This document shows, piece by piece, positions 1 through 12,604 of a DNA stretch of 44,392 bases (positions are counted from its first letter, which is position 1; every line of letters starts with the position of its first letter). The stretch spans positions 44,142,805 to 44,187,196 of the forward strand of contig NC_068983.1 of assembly GCF_001194135.2 (NCBI RefSeq). Direction: 5' to 3'. Origin of the DNA: Octopus bimaculoides. Taxonomy: Eukaryota. Under the pieces are notes generated by a model. It was given only the letters and a program-made list of their open reading frames with translations. It was not told the DNA's origin and ran no database searches. The translations under genes were made by a program, and so were the position numbers.

Positions 1-669
1 AATACAAAATGGCTGATAGTTAGCAAGGTGAGACACACATAAGAAAGAAGGAAACAAAGGACCACTGATGAGGTCACAGAAGTGTGACGAAAGAACTCTG
101 GCCGAAATAAGATTAAGATTAAGATTAATGTAATATAAAGCTGAAAAAAAAAAAAATTAACACCAAATATACAGTGCGTGTGTTTTTATTGGCTAAACTG
201 GCAATATGACCATCCCCAAGTACAACAACATATATATATATATTTATTTATTTATTTAGAATAGAATAGAAAGTTAACATTACAGGCAGAATTGTTGTTG
301 CTACTCCTACTACTACTACTACTAATAATAATAGTAAAACTGCTGCTACAAATACTGCTATGCTATTTTTATTGATACTTGAAGAGGATAAGTGAAAATG
401 GATTGAAACAAAAAAACAAAAGCCCTTTCAAATCCTGCCTTCATTTTAGCTGAATACAAACAAGCAGGGATACATATATTTATTAGTGGGGGTGTCTCGA
501 GTACTGTAACGGTTTCAGTTTAACCCTTTAGCCAGACATGTTTCCGCGGAAGATTGATCACGAATCACACTTTCTTGTACGACATTGACACTTGCCTATG
601 ACTATCGCACAATGTCAAGAGAAACATGTGTACACCCCCACACACACACACACACAATTACATACAAAT

Positions 670-828
670 GACAGGCTTCTTTAAGTTTCTGACAAAATCC
701 ACTCACAAGGGTTTGGTCAGTCTAGGGCTATACTAACAGACACTGGCCCAAGGTGTCACATCGTGGGGACTGAACTCAAAGCCATGTGATCCGCAAGCAG
801 GGTAGTTAATCCCACAGTCATGCCTGCA
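670..828 (-). mobile_element. SINE family S1 (tRNA-derived, octopus OK/OR-like; family name not confirmed), 5' half
   Basis: Reverse complement aligns with the head of the full copy at 42271-42710. Confidence 0.7.
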
Positions 829-850
829 CCCGTGTGTATGCAAGAAATTA

Positions 851-1282
851 CCTTTGGAAATGTGCTGTGCGTGAGAAGACCAGGCAAGCCAAGTGAGATC
901 GTTGCCAGTGCCCCTGGACTGGCTCTTGTGCGGGTGGCACATAAGATGTACCATCCTGAGCGTGACCGTTGCCAGTACCGCCTGACTGGCCTTGTAGGGT
1001 TTTCGAGTGAGATCGTTGCCAGTGCCCCTGGACTGGCTCTTGTGCGGGTGGCACATAAAAGACACCATTCCGAGCGTGGCCGTTTTCGTGCGGGTGACAC
1101 GTAAAAGCACCCACTACACTCTCTGAGTGGTTGGCGTTAGGAAGGGCATCCAGCTGTAGAAACTCTGCCAAATTAGATTGGAGCCTGGTGTAGCCATCCG
1201 GTTGCACCAGTCCTCAGTCAAATCGTCCAACCCATGCTAGCATGGAAAGCGGACGTTAAACGATGATGATGATGATGATGAT
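851..1282 (+). mobile_element. 5'-truncated RTE-clade LINE end (ORF2 C-terminus LWKCAVREKTRQAK*, 3'UTR, (GAT)n tail)
   Basis: Same ORF end and UTR as the copy at 28891-29554. Contains an internal 114-bp duplication (892 and 1006) and ends GGACGTTAAAC(GAT)n. Confidence 0.75.
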
Positions 1283-1347
1283 TATTATTATTATTATTAG
1301 AGTCATTCAACCATAAGGTTTTCATAAAGGGTTCCATAAAATATTGG

Positions 1348-1521
1348 TCTCAAATTCTGGCACAAGGCCAGCATTTCAGGACTTATTGGAACTTATTCAA
1401 TTGACCCCCGAAAGGATGAAGGGCAAAGTCAACCTTGACAGAATTTAAACTCAGAAAGATAGACAAAATGCCTCTAAGTAATTTAGGTGGCATGCTAACA
1501 ATTCAGCCAGCTTGCCACCTT
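1348..1521 (-). mobile_element. Nin/Deu-domain tRNA-derived SINE
   Basis: Contains the reverse complement of CCTTCATCCTTTCGGGGTCAA, a Nin/Deu-domain-like core. Many sibling copies occur in the window. Confidence 0.65.
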
Positions 1522-1851
1522 AATTCCACAAAATATTAAGGTAATACATCATGGACACAGTATTCCAGACCTTCACCCCACCTGTACAAAAACTGTCACA
1601 TTTTGAAGGAAAAAAAAGAATGTTTTGTGGTACTTCTTTGCTAAAGTACCTAACATGCAGACTTTCTACAGCTGGATGCCCTTCTTGTCACCTGCTTTCA
1701 CCTGTTTCCAAGAAAGAGAATATTTCCCCCAGAGAAGACAGGAAATGAAGAGCATTACTTGGATGAGGATGGTGCTCACAACCATCACAAGCTGTTTAGA
1801 CAAGGGGACACACAAATACAACCCCCATTTCTCTATAGACACACTTGACTG

Positions 1852-1977
1852 CACTAGCATAGCGGAGGACGACAGGGGCGGTCTGCCCCAGGTGGCACTT
1901 TTAAAGGGGCACCACTTTGGGGGCTGCTGTAGAAAATGTTTTTTTTGTGAGGTCCAGGTGGCACAAACTTGCTACTG
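1852..1977. mobile_element. Possible degenerate hAT-like MITE
   Basis: GC-rich block with imperfect terminal repeats (CACTAGCATAG vs reverse complement CAGTAGCAAG). No target-site duplication found. Confidence 0.3.
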
Positions 1978-2240
1978 GAATGGGCCATGATACCACAAAA
2001 CACAACTTTAAAATGACTTAACAGATCCTATTGAGTGGTGCTATTAAGTTAGACCCAGTAAAAGACACTTGCCAACTGCTGTGCAGCGGAAATGAACCTG
2101 AAACCTTGTAGTTGCAAAGTGAGCTTCTTAACTACAAAGCCCTGACTGCATCTCAAATATGCAGATATCCTCTTCCTTATAGTTTACCATAAAATATAAC
2201 TTTTTACAAGAATGTATCAGGTTAAAAAAGGATAAAAATC

Positions 2241-2467
2241 TTTTCCTATAGACTCATAAGGCTGGTTTCCTGGTTTCTGTGGTGCATATATTACCCCTGG
2301 ATGGGACACCGGTCCATTGCAGGATTAACTCATTTTTGACAGTGGAGTGGACTGGAGCAACGTAAAATGAAGTGGCTTGTTCAAGAATACAAACCACTGC
2401 CTGGTCCAGGAATTGAAACCAGAATCTTATGATTGGGAGTTCAACACCCTAACCCATGTGCCTCTAC
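2241..2467 (-). mobile_element. tRNA-headed SINE with a CORE-like centre (family S4)
   Basis: GAGTGGACTGGAGCAACGTAAAATGAAGTG block shared with 10571-10718, 14205-14390, 24626-24950 and 31901-32205. Confidence 0.6.
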
Positions 2468-2642
2468 CTATATTAAACCAAAGTCACTGACTAAAAAGAA
2501 TCAGTAAAAATATCGGGTATTTAAGAGTATTCCTGTTCAGCACCATTTGAACAATGTAAAACCTGGCGCTCCATCGGTTCTGATGAGTGTTCCAGTTGAT
2601 CTGATAAACAGAACAACCATCCATGAAATTAATGCACATGTG

Positions 2643-2930
2643 GTGCAGGAGTGGCTGTGTTGTAAGAAGCTTGCTTTCCAACCACATGGTTCCAGGTTCA
2701 GTTCCACTGTGTGGCACCTTGGGGAAGTGTTTTCTACTATAGACTCAGGCCAACCAAAGCCTCGTGAGCAGATTTGGTAAATGGAAACTGAAAGAAGCCC
2801 ATTGTATATATGTATAAGAGACCGACAGAATAAGTACTAGGCTTACAAAGAATAAATCCTAGGGTTGATTTGTTTGACTACAAGTGGTGCTCCAGCATGG
2901 TCGCAGTCAAAATGACCGAAACAAATAAAA
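2643..2930 (+). mobile_element. SINE family S1 with an internal deletion
   Basis: A-box-like TGGCTGTGTTG and B-box-like GGTTCAGTTCC. Jumps from the microsatellite site straight to AAGAGACCGA compared with 42271-42710. Confidence 0.8.
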
Positions 2931-3185
2931 TTTTAACTGTAAATCAGTTTGTAATTCATTTCTAGCCTTATTAATATTAACTGCATGGAGTTAAAATAAA
3001 CAATTAAGCGAAACTTCTTTAACCAAAAACTTTCGATGGTTTGAAGTAAAAGAAAATATTTTCTTTTGGGCTGCTTCACACCGAGACTGAGTTGTTTGGA
3101 AAGTGGAAACGATTGGCAGAGTGAGAGAGAGAGTTTTGGTAGTAATCCTGTTGGAAGAGTTTAAAGTCAACACTGGCAGGACTTT

Positions 3186-3469
3186 NNNNNNNNNNNNNNN
3201 NNNNNNNNNNNNNNNNNNNNNNNNNNNNNNNNNNNNNNNNNNNNNNNNNNNNNNNNNNNNNNNNNNNNNNNNNNNNNNNNNNNNNNNNNNNNNNNNNNNN
3301 NNNNNNNNNNNNNNNNNNNNNNNNNNNNNNNNNNNNNNNNNNNNNNNNNNNNNNNNNNNNNNNNNNNNNNNNNNNNNNNNNNNNNNNNNNNNNNNNNNNN
3401 NNNNNNNNNNNNNNNNNNNNNNNNNNNNNNNNNNNNNNNNNNNNNNNNNNNNNNNNNNNNNNNNNNNNN
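3186..3469. other. Assembly gap followed by a purine-rich (GAG/GA) low-complexity tract to about 3760
   Basis: Run of N bases. Confidence 0.95.
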
Positions 3470-4088
3470 AGAAAGAGAGAGAGGAGGCGAGGAGGAGGGA
3501 GAAAGAGAGAGAGGAGGAGGAGGAGGAGGGAGAAAGAGAGAGAAGAGGCGAGGAGGAGGAGAAGAGAGAGAGAGGGGCGAGGAGGAGAGAGAAGAGGCGA
3601 GAGAAAGAGTGAGGGGCGAGGAGGAGATAGAAGGCGAAGAAGAGGAGAAAAAGGGTGAGGAGGAAGAGGGTGAGGAGGAAGAGGGCGAGTAGGAGAGATG
3701 GTGAGGAGGAGAGGGCGAGGATGAGAGAGGGTGAGGAGGAGGAAGAGGAGAGAACTAAAATAGCTCCCAGAGTCACCTATAGGCTTGCAAAAGAAGTAAA
3801 AAATGTAGGTAATTAAAGTATAGATGTAAAGTAGATGCCGAATGGAGATAGAAAGAAGAAAACTGCCAAAACAGAAGCAACCCCCTTTACCCTCACCTCC
3901 AACACTTCCCCTTTCTCTTTTGAGGTTATTTTTATTCAGATAAGAGATCAGAAAATTAAGGTTTATGCTATGTCCCAATCCTCATCTCCACCTTTCTTTC
4001 TCCCTTTCCTGCTGGGGTAGACTCAAACTAATGAAGGCAAGTTTTAACTTTTAAAGTGATTCAAGAAATATTTATTCCAGTCTAGGGT

Positions 4089-4272
4089 GCTGATGCCACA
4101 TAAAAAGCACCCAGCACAGTCTGCAAAATGGTTGGCATTAGGAAGGGTATCCAGCCTTAGAAACTATTCCAAAGCAATTTGAATTTGATATAGTCTTCTG
4201 ATGTGCCTGCTCCTGCCAAACCGTCCAACCCATGCCAGCATGGAAAACAGACGTTAAATGATGATTGACGAT
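4089..4272 (+). mobile_element. RTE-type 3' tail fragment (SINE or LINE end)
   Basis: AAAAAGCACCC...GGAAGGGTATCCAGCC...CATGCCAGCATGGAAAACAGACGTTAAATGATGAT. Confidence 0.7.
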
Positions 4273-4810
4273 CAGTTCACCAATACTGGTTATTTTAACC
4301 GATTAAGTCTGGAGCTTCTTCACAGCTCTGTGAAATGATAGAAAGATAGTTCTTTTGTGAAACTTTTAGTCAGTAATGAAAGCAGTATCTCTGATCCATT
4401 CCAGAGCTCTGAGACAAGAGGAAAGGAGTGATGAAGGCGTCCTTAAACTAAGGTGTCTGGCTTGAATGATTGCAACAGAGTGGAACTTGCGACACTCAAG
4501 GTACCAAGTGGTGGTGTTAGACTGAATGACCAAGTCAGCTTACCCTCTACAAGTAGGCCAAGGTAGGATTTGAATATAAAACAAAGAACCAGAATAAATA
4601 CCACAAGGTGTCTAGCCTGACATTCTTATAGCATCATAAATCCACTGTCACAATCTTGAAATACAACGACCAGGGTTCTCACCTTACAAGAGACAAGGCA
4701 TTGAAATTAAAATGGTCATCTGGATGTTAATGCTTAACAACCAAGTAATCCTAAGACCAAAAGTATTTCAAACATGACCATCCCTCATTGTACACGAGAG
4801 GATACATTAT

Positions 4811-5000
4811 TTACTCTTACTCTTTTACTTGTTTCAGTCATTTGACTGCGGCCATGCTGGAGCACCGCCTTTAGTTGAGCAAATCGACCCCAGGACTTAT
4901 TCTATTGTTCTCTTTTGCTGAACCGCTAAGTTATGGGGACGTAAACACACCAGCATTGGTTGTCAAGTGATGTTGGGGGGACAAGCACAGACACACAAAC
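4811..5000 (-). mobile_element. SINE family S1, 3' half running into a gap
   Basis: Near-identical reverse complement of about 42510-42710. Confidence 0.8.
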
Positions 5001-5323
5001 NNNNNNNNNNNNNNNNNNNNNNNNNNNNNNNNNNNNNNNNNNNNNNNNNNNNNNNNNNNNNNNNNNNNNNNNNNNNNNNNNNNNNNNNNNNNNNNNNNNN
5101 NNNNNNNNNNNNNNNNNNNNNNNNNNNNNNNNNNNNNNNNNNNNNNNNNNNNNNNNNNNNNNNNNNNNNNNNNNNNNNNNNNNNNNNNNNNNNNNNNNNN
5201 NNNNNNNNNNNNNNNNNNNNNNNNNNNNNNNNNNNNNNNNNNNNNNNNNNNNNNNNNNNNNNNNNNNNNNNNNNNNNNNNNNNNNNNNNNNNNNNNNNNN
5301 NNNNNNNNNNNNNNNNNNNNNNN
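5001..5323. other. Assembly gap
   Basis: Run of N bases at the position of the S1 internal microsatellite. Confidence 0.95.
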
Positions 5324-5538
5324 TGTTGAAATACACAGCCTTTGTTTCAATTAATTTTGAAAATAATAAAACATTTACTAAAATAACTCATTATTAAGCT
5401 AATGTTTGGAATGTAAATTAACATGGGATTTTGATGAAAAGTTTTAATTTAGATCAGTTTAAAAAACTGAAAAATTTGTATCTTAGAACCAAAATTTGTA
5501 TCTTAGAACTCAGGCAGGATGGTATCAAAAGGGTTGAT
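5324..5538 (-). mobile_element. TTAA-type (piggyBac-like) MITE, uninterrupted copy
   Basis: Reverse complement starts AACCCTTTTGATACC and aligns collinearly with both halves of the copy at 18597-19206. Confidence 0.6.
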
Positions 5539-5688
5539 CTAAAATATACTTAAAAAGTTACTGTGTGGTTTTTAAGAGAAACAAAAAAAGCCAAATTGTA
5601 AGAAAGAAACGAACAGCACCCAAAGAAAACAAAGCAAGCTAAATCAGTTAGTTTGATTAAAAGTAGGGAGCACAGAAGCATATATTAC

Positions 5689-5787
5689 CTCAGTTTCAAG
5701 CAAATCAACGAGCATCCCATCACCTGATGTTAGTGGATCTGTGGGTTGTTCTTCAGGAGAATCCAGGAAAGGGGAAACATTATGATC
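5689..5787 (-). CDS. MPRIP: Exon not in the ORF track (99 nt; DHNVSPFLDSPEEQPTDPLTSGDGMLVDLLETE), probably leading into the coiled-coil region
   Basis: Acceptor CTTTATTTTCTAATGGTTCTAG|GAT and donor GAG|GTAATA. It is open in phase 0, matching the previous exon. The acidic LVDLLETE end resembles the start of the MPRIP/TRIOBP coiled coil (inference). Confidence 0.8.
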
Positions 5788-6449
5788 CTAGAACCATTAG
5801 AAAATAAAGAGGCTGTGAAAACAAGGCCAGCTTTACGTGTTTTTGTTGAAATAATAAACACATCTAAAGTTTGTAAAACGACACAGCTCTCATCGATAAT
5901 TGCAAAATGAATCAACAATATTGATATTTTGATAAAAACTTCCAGCGTAAATGAATTAAAAAAAAAACCTGTTCTAAAAAATGTAGAAATTAAATTTGAA
6001 CTAAAAAAAAAAATCAATACCTAGAATATAAGACAAGTGACATACTGAAATAAAATGGAAATACAAAAATAGGTGTGTGTGTATGTATTATGCAGGAATT
6101 TATATATGCACGTATGAATAAATGAATGTGTGTGTATTATATGTAATACTCATAAATTAAAAATGTTTTTCTTGATAGTGAAAAAGAAATTTTAACCAGA
6201 TATTTATTATACCTATAAATACACATCTATGTGTATGTGTGAATAAAAATGATTACTCTATAAAGATTTATTATTACTGTTATTTTAAATTATCTATCTA
6301 TCGATAAATACAATTACTCTATAAAAATTTATAATTACTGTTATATTTTAGAATTACTCTTACATCTGTCCTTGCTTGGAATGGTAGTAGCAGTTCTAGA
6401 TTAAACAGAAGATAGTTCTATGGTTAAGGTATGTAGGACTTGTAGGAGG

Positions 6450-6990
6450 ATTGGCCTCTAACATGTGTCATGCAGACCCACTAGTATGAGGCTATGCCAT
6501 GTTGTCATGTGAACTAGTCCTGTTGTCTAATGATTAAACGAACTCTGTGCTTGTGAAAGAAGGAGACTAGCAGAGTGAAATGTAAATAAACAGACAGAAG
6601 GCAATGGAAAACTGCTGTTGTATATTTCTCAAGAAACATCATGAATTTTCAGAATTTGGCAAGGAAATCTATAATTGCTCACATCTGTAGGTATGACAGG
6701 CCAGATGTGGGGGCATGCACCATTGCAGTACATTATAGCATTGACAAGCTGGTTGTATATTCCTGGGTGACCCATTGAGGAGTTCCAGTGAGTCCCCATC
6801 TCCACAAAGTACCTCAAGTGCCATGACCATGTGGTCAACCCAGTCAGATCCTCAGTGAAGAGAACACGGTAAGTAGGGTCTAACTAAGAAAAGGGAGCAA
6901 CATGGGCAAACAGTCTGAGCTGGTGCTCCCAAATCATACAGATAACAGGTATGATACATGAAGATGAAAAGGAGTTACAAACAGCTACAA
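6450..6990 (+). mobile_element. Unclassified GC-richer block, possibly a decayed LINE (RTE-like) 5'UTR
   Basis: Higher GC and complexity than the flanks, with no ORF. The GAAGGCAATGGAAAACTGCTG motif is reminiscent of RTE UTRs. Inference only. Confidence 0.25.
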
Positions 6991-8239
6991 TAAGCATATA
7001 TTTTTCTATTGACTACAGCAGTAGGAAACCTGAAAATTAACCAGTTTGAAAGTCTATTTTGTAGTGACTGAGTAACCTTCAAGTAGACAGTATTACTTTG
7101 CCCCAACGGTTATGAGTTCTTCAAAAAGGAATGGGGTTGAACTCCAGGCACAAAGCTAGCAGTTCCAAGGTTTAGTTATTGCCATTAATCCCAGGACTGA
7201 ACTGGTACTTTATCCATACCATGATTTGAACTTGATGAGATGCAAGAAATGCCACAAAGCATTTTATCGAATGCTCTTATGATTCTGTCAATTCCTAACA
7301 CAAGACATTGACTAAAAGCATAAATTTATTCTTGTTAAGTCACCGTTAGCTCTTATATCTGAATTAATTTTGTCAGTGAAATTTGGCAAAAAAATCCTTT
7401 TTCACTAAAGTATGGTTCTGTGTATATTTGGACATTTTTCTTGGAATTTTCTGTAGAATATCAAAAAGCAAGATAAAATTTAAGAATCACAAGAAAATAA
7501 CATGAAACACAATTTTGCTGTAGAAAGCTGAAAAAAGCATCAAAAATAAACTTTTTAAAAAAAATTGGTAAGAATGAATAGAGAAAAATAATAACAACAA
7601 CATAATGAATTAAAATTATGAAGCAACACCAAGCAAAAAAGTAAATTAAATTGAGCCACTGGATAGTCTATAACCATTGCATCACCTGGAGATGGCAGAA
7701 CTTAAAATAAAAAAAAACAGAATAAAAGAAATAGTCTTATGGATAGCTTAGTTGACACATCTATGAAAAATAGTAAGTTTTAAGAAATTATAAAACTGAA
7801 GACTCAGGAAGCTAAAGAAAAATAGCTGTGAAATATATTATACATCATGTGTTTATATATACTTGAAAGCAAAAAAGATTGTGCAACACTCCATAGCAGA
7901 TGTAAATAGAAAAGCACAGGTCGATTTATAATAATGATAATAATAATAATAAATGGTAACAGTAGAGAGCTTTGAAATGTCACATTGAGATATTTGATAA
8001 AAGCAAAGTGGTTTCAACAGGGAATCAAATTAATTTGAGAAGTGAAGGGTTCGGTTTGCAAAGAACTAAATTACAACATCAAAACAGCAGCTACACAAGG
8101 AAGATATGAAGGTCATTCACAATTGTCTCAAACATACGTGTATGCATGTATATGTGTGTGTGTGTGAAGTATCTGCTTTATTGCAGCTACAAATGATTTG
8201 CAAATAATATAGTCTAATTTCATCAACACCCTCACTATC

Positions 8240-9086
8240 CTTCATCTCTCTAATGATAGCTTTTCCTTGTTACTACTAATCCTTCACACTGTTAGGAAAC
8301 CATTTCACTTGATATCCATCTTTCATGATTATACTGCCCTCTCCACCTTCATTTTACATTGATCACCATCCTCTGAACAACCAAATTCTCTCTTTCACCA
8401 CCATACATATTTCACTCTCACCATCCCTCACAATCTGGCAATCCACCAAACACCACCCCTCTCTCATCCTTCTGTCTACTGCATCATCATTGTTATTCTT
8501 CCACCTTCCCCTTCATCATTGTCACCCCATCACCACCAGTTATTTACCATTCACAGCAACCACCCCACAACAATTGTTCTTCATTCTTAATATTCTCACC
8601 TCATCCATTCTCCATCTCAAGCTTTGCAATCTCAACCTCCACCCACTCCTAGCCCCTCTTCTCCCACTCATTTCTACTCCCCTCATACCATGAGTGTCCA
8701 CTCTGACACATCACCAATACTTTTATCTCTCTCCAGCTCCACCCAATTATCCACCACTCTCTTTTTTAAAATCTGAATAGCCAAGTAGCCCCTCTGCAGT
8801 AAGTAGTAATAGTCATGTAGCCCCTCTAGCCCTCATAATTTGACTCATCATCTCCAAGAGTAAAGCCCTTTCTCTTGAAGTCTTGCAAGCTGCATGGTGA
8901 CCTCATTTGTGTTGGTGAAACAAAAAAAGCATCCAGACACACTGTAAAGTGGTTGGGGTTAGAGAGGGCATCCAGCCACGAAAACCCTGCCTAAACAGAC
9001 AGTTGAGCAAGATACACTCTTTGAATCTGTTGGATTCTGCCAAACTGTCCAATGCATGCCTGCATAGATATTAAATGATGATGATG
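8240..9086 (+). mobile_element. Degenerate LINE-like remnant followed by the RTE-type tail
   Basis: C/T-skewed decayed sequence, then GTCTTGCAAG...GGCATCCAGCC...TTAAATGATGATGATG. The same body-tail junction occurs at 20869, 39296 and (reversed) near 22260. Confidence 0.5.
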
Positions 9087-10483
9087 CACAAGTACCAGTT
9101 ATACCTACTAAGTACCCGTTATACACTGGAGTCAATTCTGTTTGATTAAACTCTTTCCTACAATAATGGTCATGTACTTAACTAAATCAACATTTTTAAT
9201 TGGAAACAAATTATATTCAATTCAAATGAAACTCTACAGTCTCTCTAAACCCAACTCTTTTATTAGGACTATTAAGTGGAAGCTCTTTATATGACATTAA
9301 AATTATAAAACCAAGTAACTTCGTTTCATAACACCTCAAATAAACCAGGTTTGTATAAGTGCTTCTCTCTAAATTGTAAATAGTCTCAAGTGTTAATAGA
9401 CAGGATGAAATGTTTATAATAGACTTGAAAATGACTTTATCGGTACAGAGCTTGATCTATATCTTTAAAATGTGAACATAGCCACCTTGTTAGATGTTGA
9501 AATAGCTAAATCTTTAGAGCTCAGAATAACTACAATATCTTTAACCTATGAAATAGTTATGTTGTTAGATCCTAAAACAGCAGCTATAACATCTTTAGAC
9601 TTTGAAATAGCAGATATATTTAGATTTCGATAGATTTAAAAGATGACTGTTTGGATAAATAAAAAGGTATTAATTAGAATGGTTAATATTCAGTTTGGAA
9701 GTTAATAACTGAGAGAAAGAAATAAGTTCCAGTGGAGTGAATGTCTATGGAGCAAGGAATGGGATATTTCTATGAAATGTTGTACTTCTTAACCTAGTTT
9801 ACTGGGATTTTAGTGATAATTTTACTGAAAATGATAACACATCCTTAAATTCTTTCTTTCTTTTTCCGCTGTCATTCTTACAAAATACAAAGGAGATATA
9901 TGTAAATCTATTTAACTCTTAGCTATATACAGTGTGGCAGGTAAATACTCCAATTTTTTCTTTATAAATGCTGAGACTAAGCAACCACAAGAAAACACCA
10001 GAGCAAGGAATTGAAACTACAATCTTTATATCTAATATTTATCTGTATAAAGACCTATCATAGTTGTTTATAAAGAATTTTGTCATTCATTTAAAGATAT
10101 TGGTATTAAAGTATTATTTTGGCAGTAAATACACCTTAAGGTTATAAATTACCCATCAGTAAGCAAGGCAATGATTATAATTTGATGCTATTTGCTGCCT
10201 TCATTTCATTTACCAAATGGTACTAGTGTCGGAAAAGACAAGACAAAAATAGCATTATCAGGGTACCATTAATTTACCATCCACTATCATTGTAATAGAT
10301 GGTACAAACCTAAATTATTAATTTGATATGACTTCATGAAAACCAGCTGTGACTCACAAGAGAATATAGCTGGGTAACATGTACCATGCTTTTGCAAATT
10401 GTTTTAGGTGCCTGTGTAATCATAAACATCACCTTGGATCTCTTATCTCTGAGCAGACAAATCACCAAAATCTAACAACTAAA

Positions 10484-10485
<2 letters not shown>

Positions 10486-10560
<75 letters not shown>
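10486..10560. repeat. (GA)n microsatellite
   Basis: Direct reading; produces the spurious RERE ORFs. Confidence 0.95.
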
Positions 10561-10570
10561 GGATGCACCA

Positions 10571-10718
10571 GCATTTTGCTGGTATTCATTTCAGTTGAAT
10601 AGGCTTGAGCAACATAAAGTGACTTGCTCAAGGACATGATGCCATGGGTGGGATAGGAATTCAACCTGCAGCCTTATAATCAGGAGCTAAACACCTAAAC
10701 CACTGAGCCATGTGCCTT
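10571..10718 (-). mobile_element. SINE family S4 5' part, degenerate
   Basis: GAGCAAC..AAAGTGACTTGCTCAAGGACA block plus a tRNA-like head on the reverse strand. Confidence 0.55.
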
Positions 10719-11416
10719 TATATGCCTTCTTAGAACTTTATACATGAAGGAAGCTTGGGGTTAACTTTAGGTCAGTCTTTGTCAGACAAACCTATGATCA
10801 ATGACATTACAAGCATGCCCATCCTTTATCTATTTCTTTGTTTTTTTTGTTCAAGACAAGGATTGCTTTATATAACAGTGAAGTGTGCTTTTGAGGGAGA
10901 TTTGGCTATTATTTCTAGCAGATTCAGTGAACAGGTAGAGATTCCCTCATTGATTCATTCTGCTTTTTTAGCAAATACTGCAACACTTGGTAGTAAATTC
11001 ATGTTGCTAGGAGTTACTGAGATTGAGGGTTGGGGTTACACGACAGATTTATATCAAGAGCCCCCATAATAATGTTAGAAAGTTATCAAGACAGAATAAT
11101 TAAGATTAATAGAGATAATTTAATGGAACTGCCACCAAAGAATAGTAATTGTAATAAAAATATGTTTGTATAAATAGGAAATAAATATCTTGATCTTAAA
11201 TTTTTATATATTCTGTTATGACAGGAAGCATTAAACTGAAAGCAGGCTTTGCAGATGTGAATCTAGATATTGGTTGGCGGTTAGGGAAGCAAAAAAACGC
11301 GTCATCACTGGTCCTGTTCTTGACTGATTGGTCAATTGTTCCGGATCAGTCTTATAGGCACCAGCAATTTGTTTTTCTGACTGCTCTGGAAACTAGCTCA
11401 AATGATGGTAACTTAC

Positions 11417-12055
11417 CAGACCTGCGGAATGTTCGTACTCTTCCGAGCCACCGGAATCTATATCGTGGGAGTAGGTGGAGTCCACACTGAAACCACTCTG
11501 GTCAGTTTCAGGAGGTGGAGAGAGTAGTTTAGGGAGTTTGGATCTGGACTTATCTTTAAGCCTGGCACTGGGCGATTTCATCGTATATTTCGACTCTTGC
11601 CTCTCGAGTGTCTTCTTGTGGAGGTCTCCACTGAGAAGAGCATTGTCACTACCTTCAACATAGCGACCAATTGGAGTATACCAAGCACTGCTGTTGCTGC
11701 TTAAGTTACTAATACTGCTACTACTACCAGATTTTTGGTTAGTTGATGGTAATGAGTAGTCAATATTATGGTAGTCACTGGAAGATAGAGAATTTTGTTG
11801 ACTAAACCCATCTCTACTAGCCTTGATGTTGCTGCTGTCAATGGGACTGAAATAATTAGAACAACTGTTAGTGCTCATGTCTCGGATGATAAAAGCTCGG
11901 CCGACATTGCTGGGATTGACATCGGAATGGTGCCTGCGAACGGGTTTTGTGTGCTCTTTCTTATTAATCATATCCATTGATTTCTTTATGGCTTGCATCC
12001 AGTTCTTCCGAAGCCCAGATGTCATTGCTGTTAGGACATATTCTCCATTTTGGTT
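11417..12055 (-). CDS. MPRIP: Exon with the PH C-terminal helix plus a Ser-rich linker (639 nt, 213 aa; NQNGEYVLTAMTSGLRKNWMQAIKK...EHSAGL)
   Basis: Acceptor TTTTTTGTTAATTTCAG|AAC and donor CTG|GTAAGT. LTAMTSGLRKNWMQAI matches MPRIP LSAMTSGIRRNWIQTI. The exon overlaps ORF 11393..12025. Confidence 0.92.
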
Positions 12056-12604
12056 CTGAAATTAACAAAAAAATCACAATATATATTTACATAAAAAATT
12101 CACACAAATATGTTATTAGATTAACATCCACTTTTCCATGCTTGCATGGGTTGGAATCTCACTCACTGACTCACTCTCTCTCTCTCTCACGCACACACAC
12201 GTGTGTGTGTGGCTTGCTTCAAGTTTCATGCTTAGATCATGAAGTAAATGGATGAGTTTGAACAATGTACTCTGCATGCTCTGGCAATTCTTCAGGCAAT
12301 GGTATGCAAGCCTGTCTGATTACAACACTATTTGAACATGAAACTTCAAATAGCTCAACTATGAATCCTATATTTAGTAAATGATAATTAACTCTTGAAG
12401 GATTGATTACTTTATTTGCTGATCCTATCAACCCCACCTCTTTCCAAGCAAGGCAATATTTCCCCATAAAATGTTTTTACAGAAGACTAGAAAAGAATGA
12501 GGTTTGGTGATGATGCTTGTTAATAATTGTGATGTCAGGACAAGGAGATACAAACACACAGGTGTGTGTGTATGTATATATATATATATATATATATGCA
12601 CATA

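Noticed and set aside
892-1110. Repeat-spacer-like pattern resembling a CRISPR array (also 29170-29400)
   Set aside because: These are tandem units of a LINE 3'UTR without unique spacers. The context is eukaryotic and there are no cas genes.
2991-3978. Long ORFs of 169-300 aa
   Set aside because: They are open only because of N runs and GA-rich low complexity. The same applies to ORFs spanning 5001-5323 and 23116-23528.
5471-5509. 20-bp tandem duplication near the 99-nt exon
   Set aside because: A local slippage inside a MITE copy, with no functional indication.
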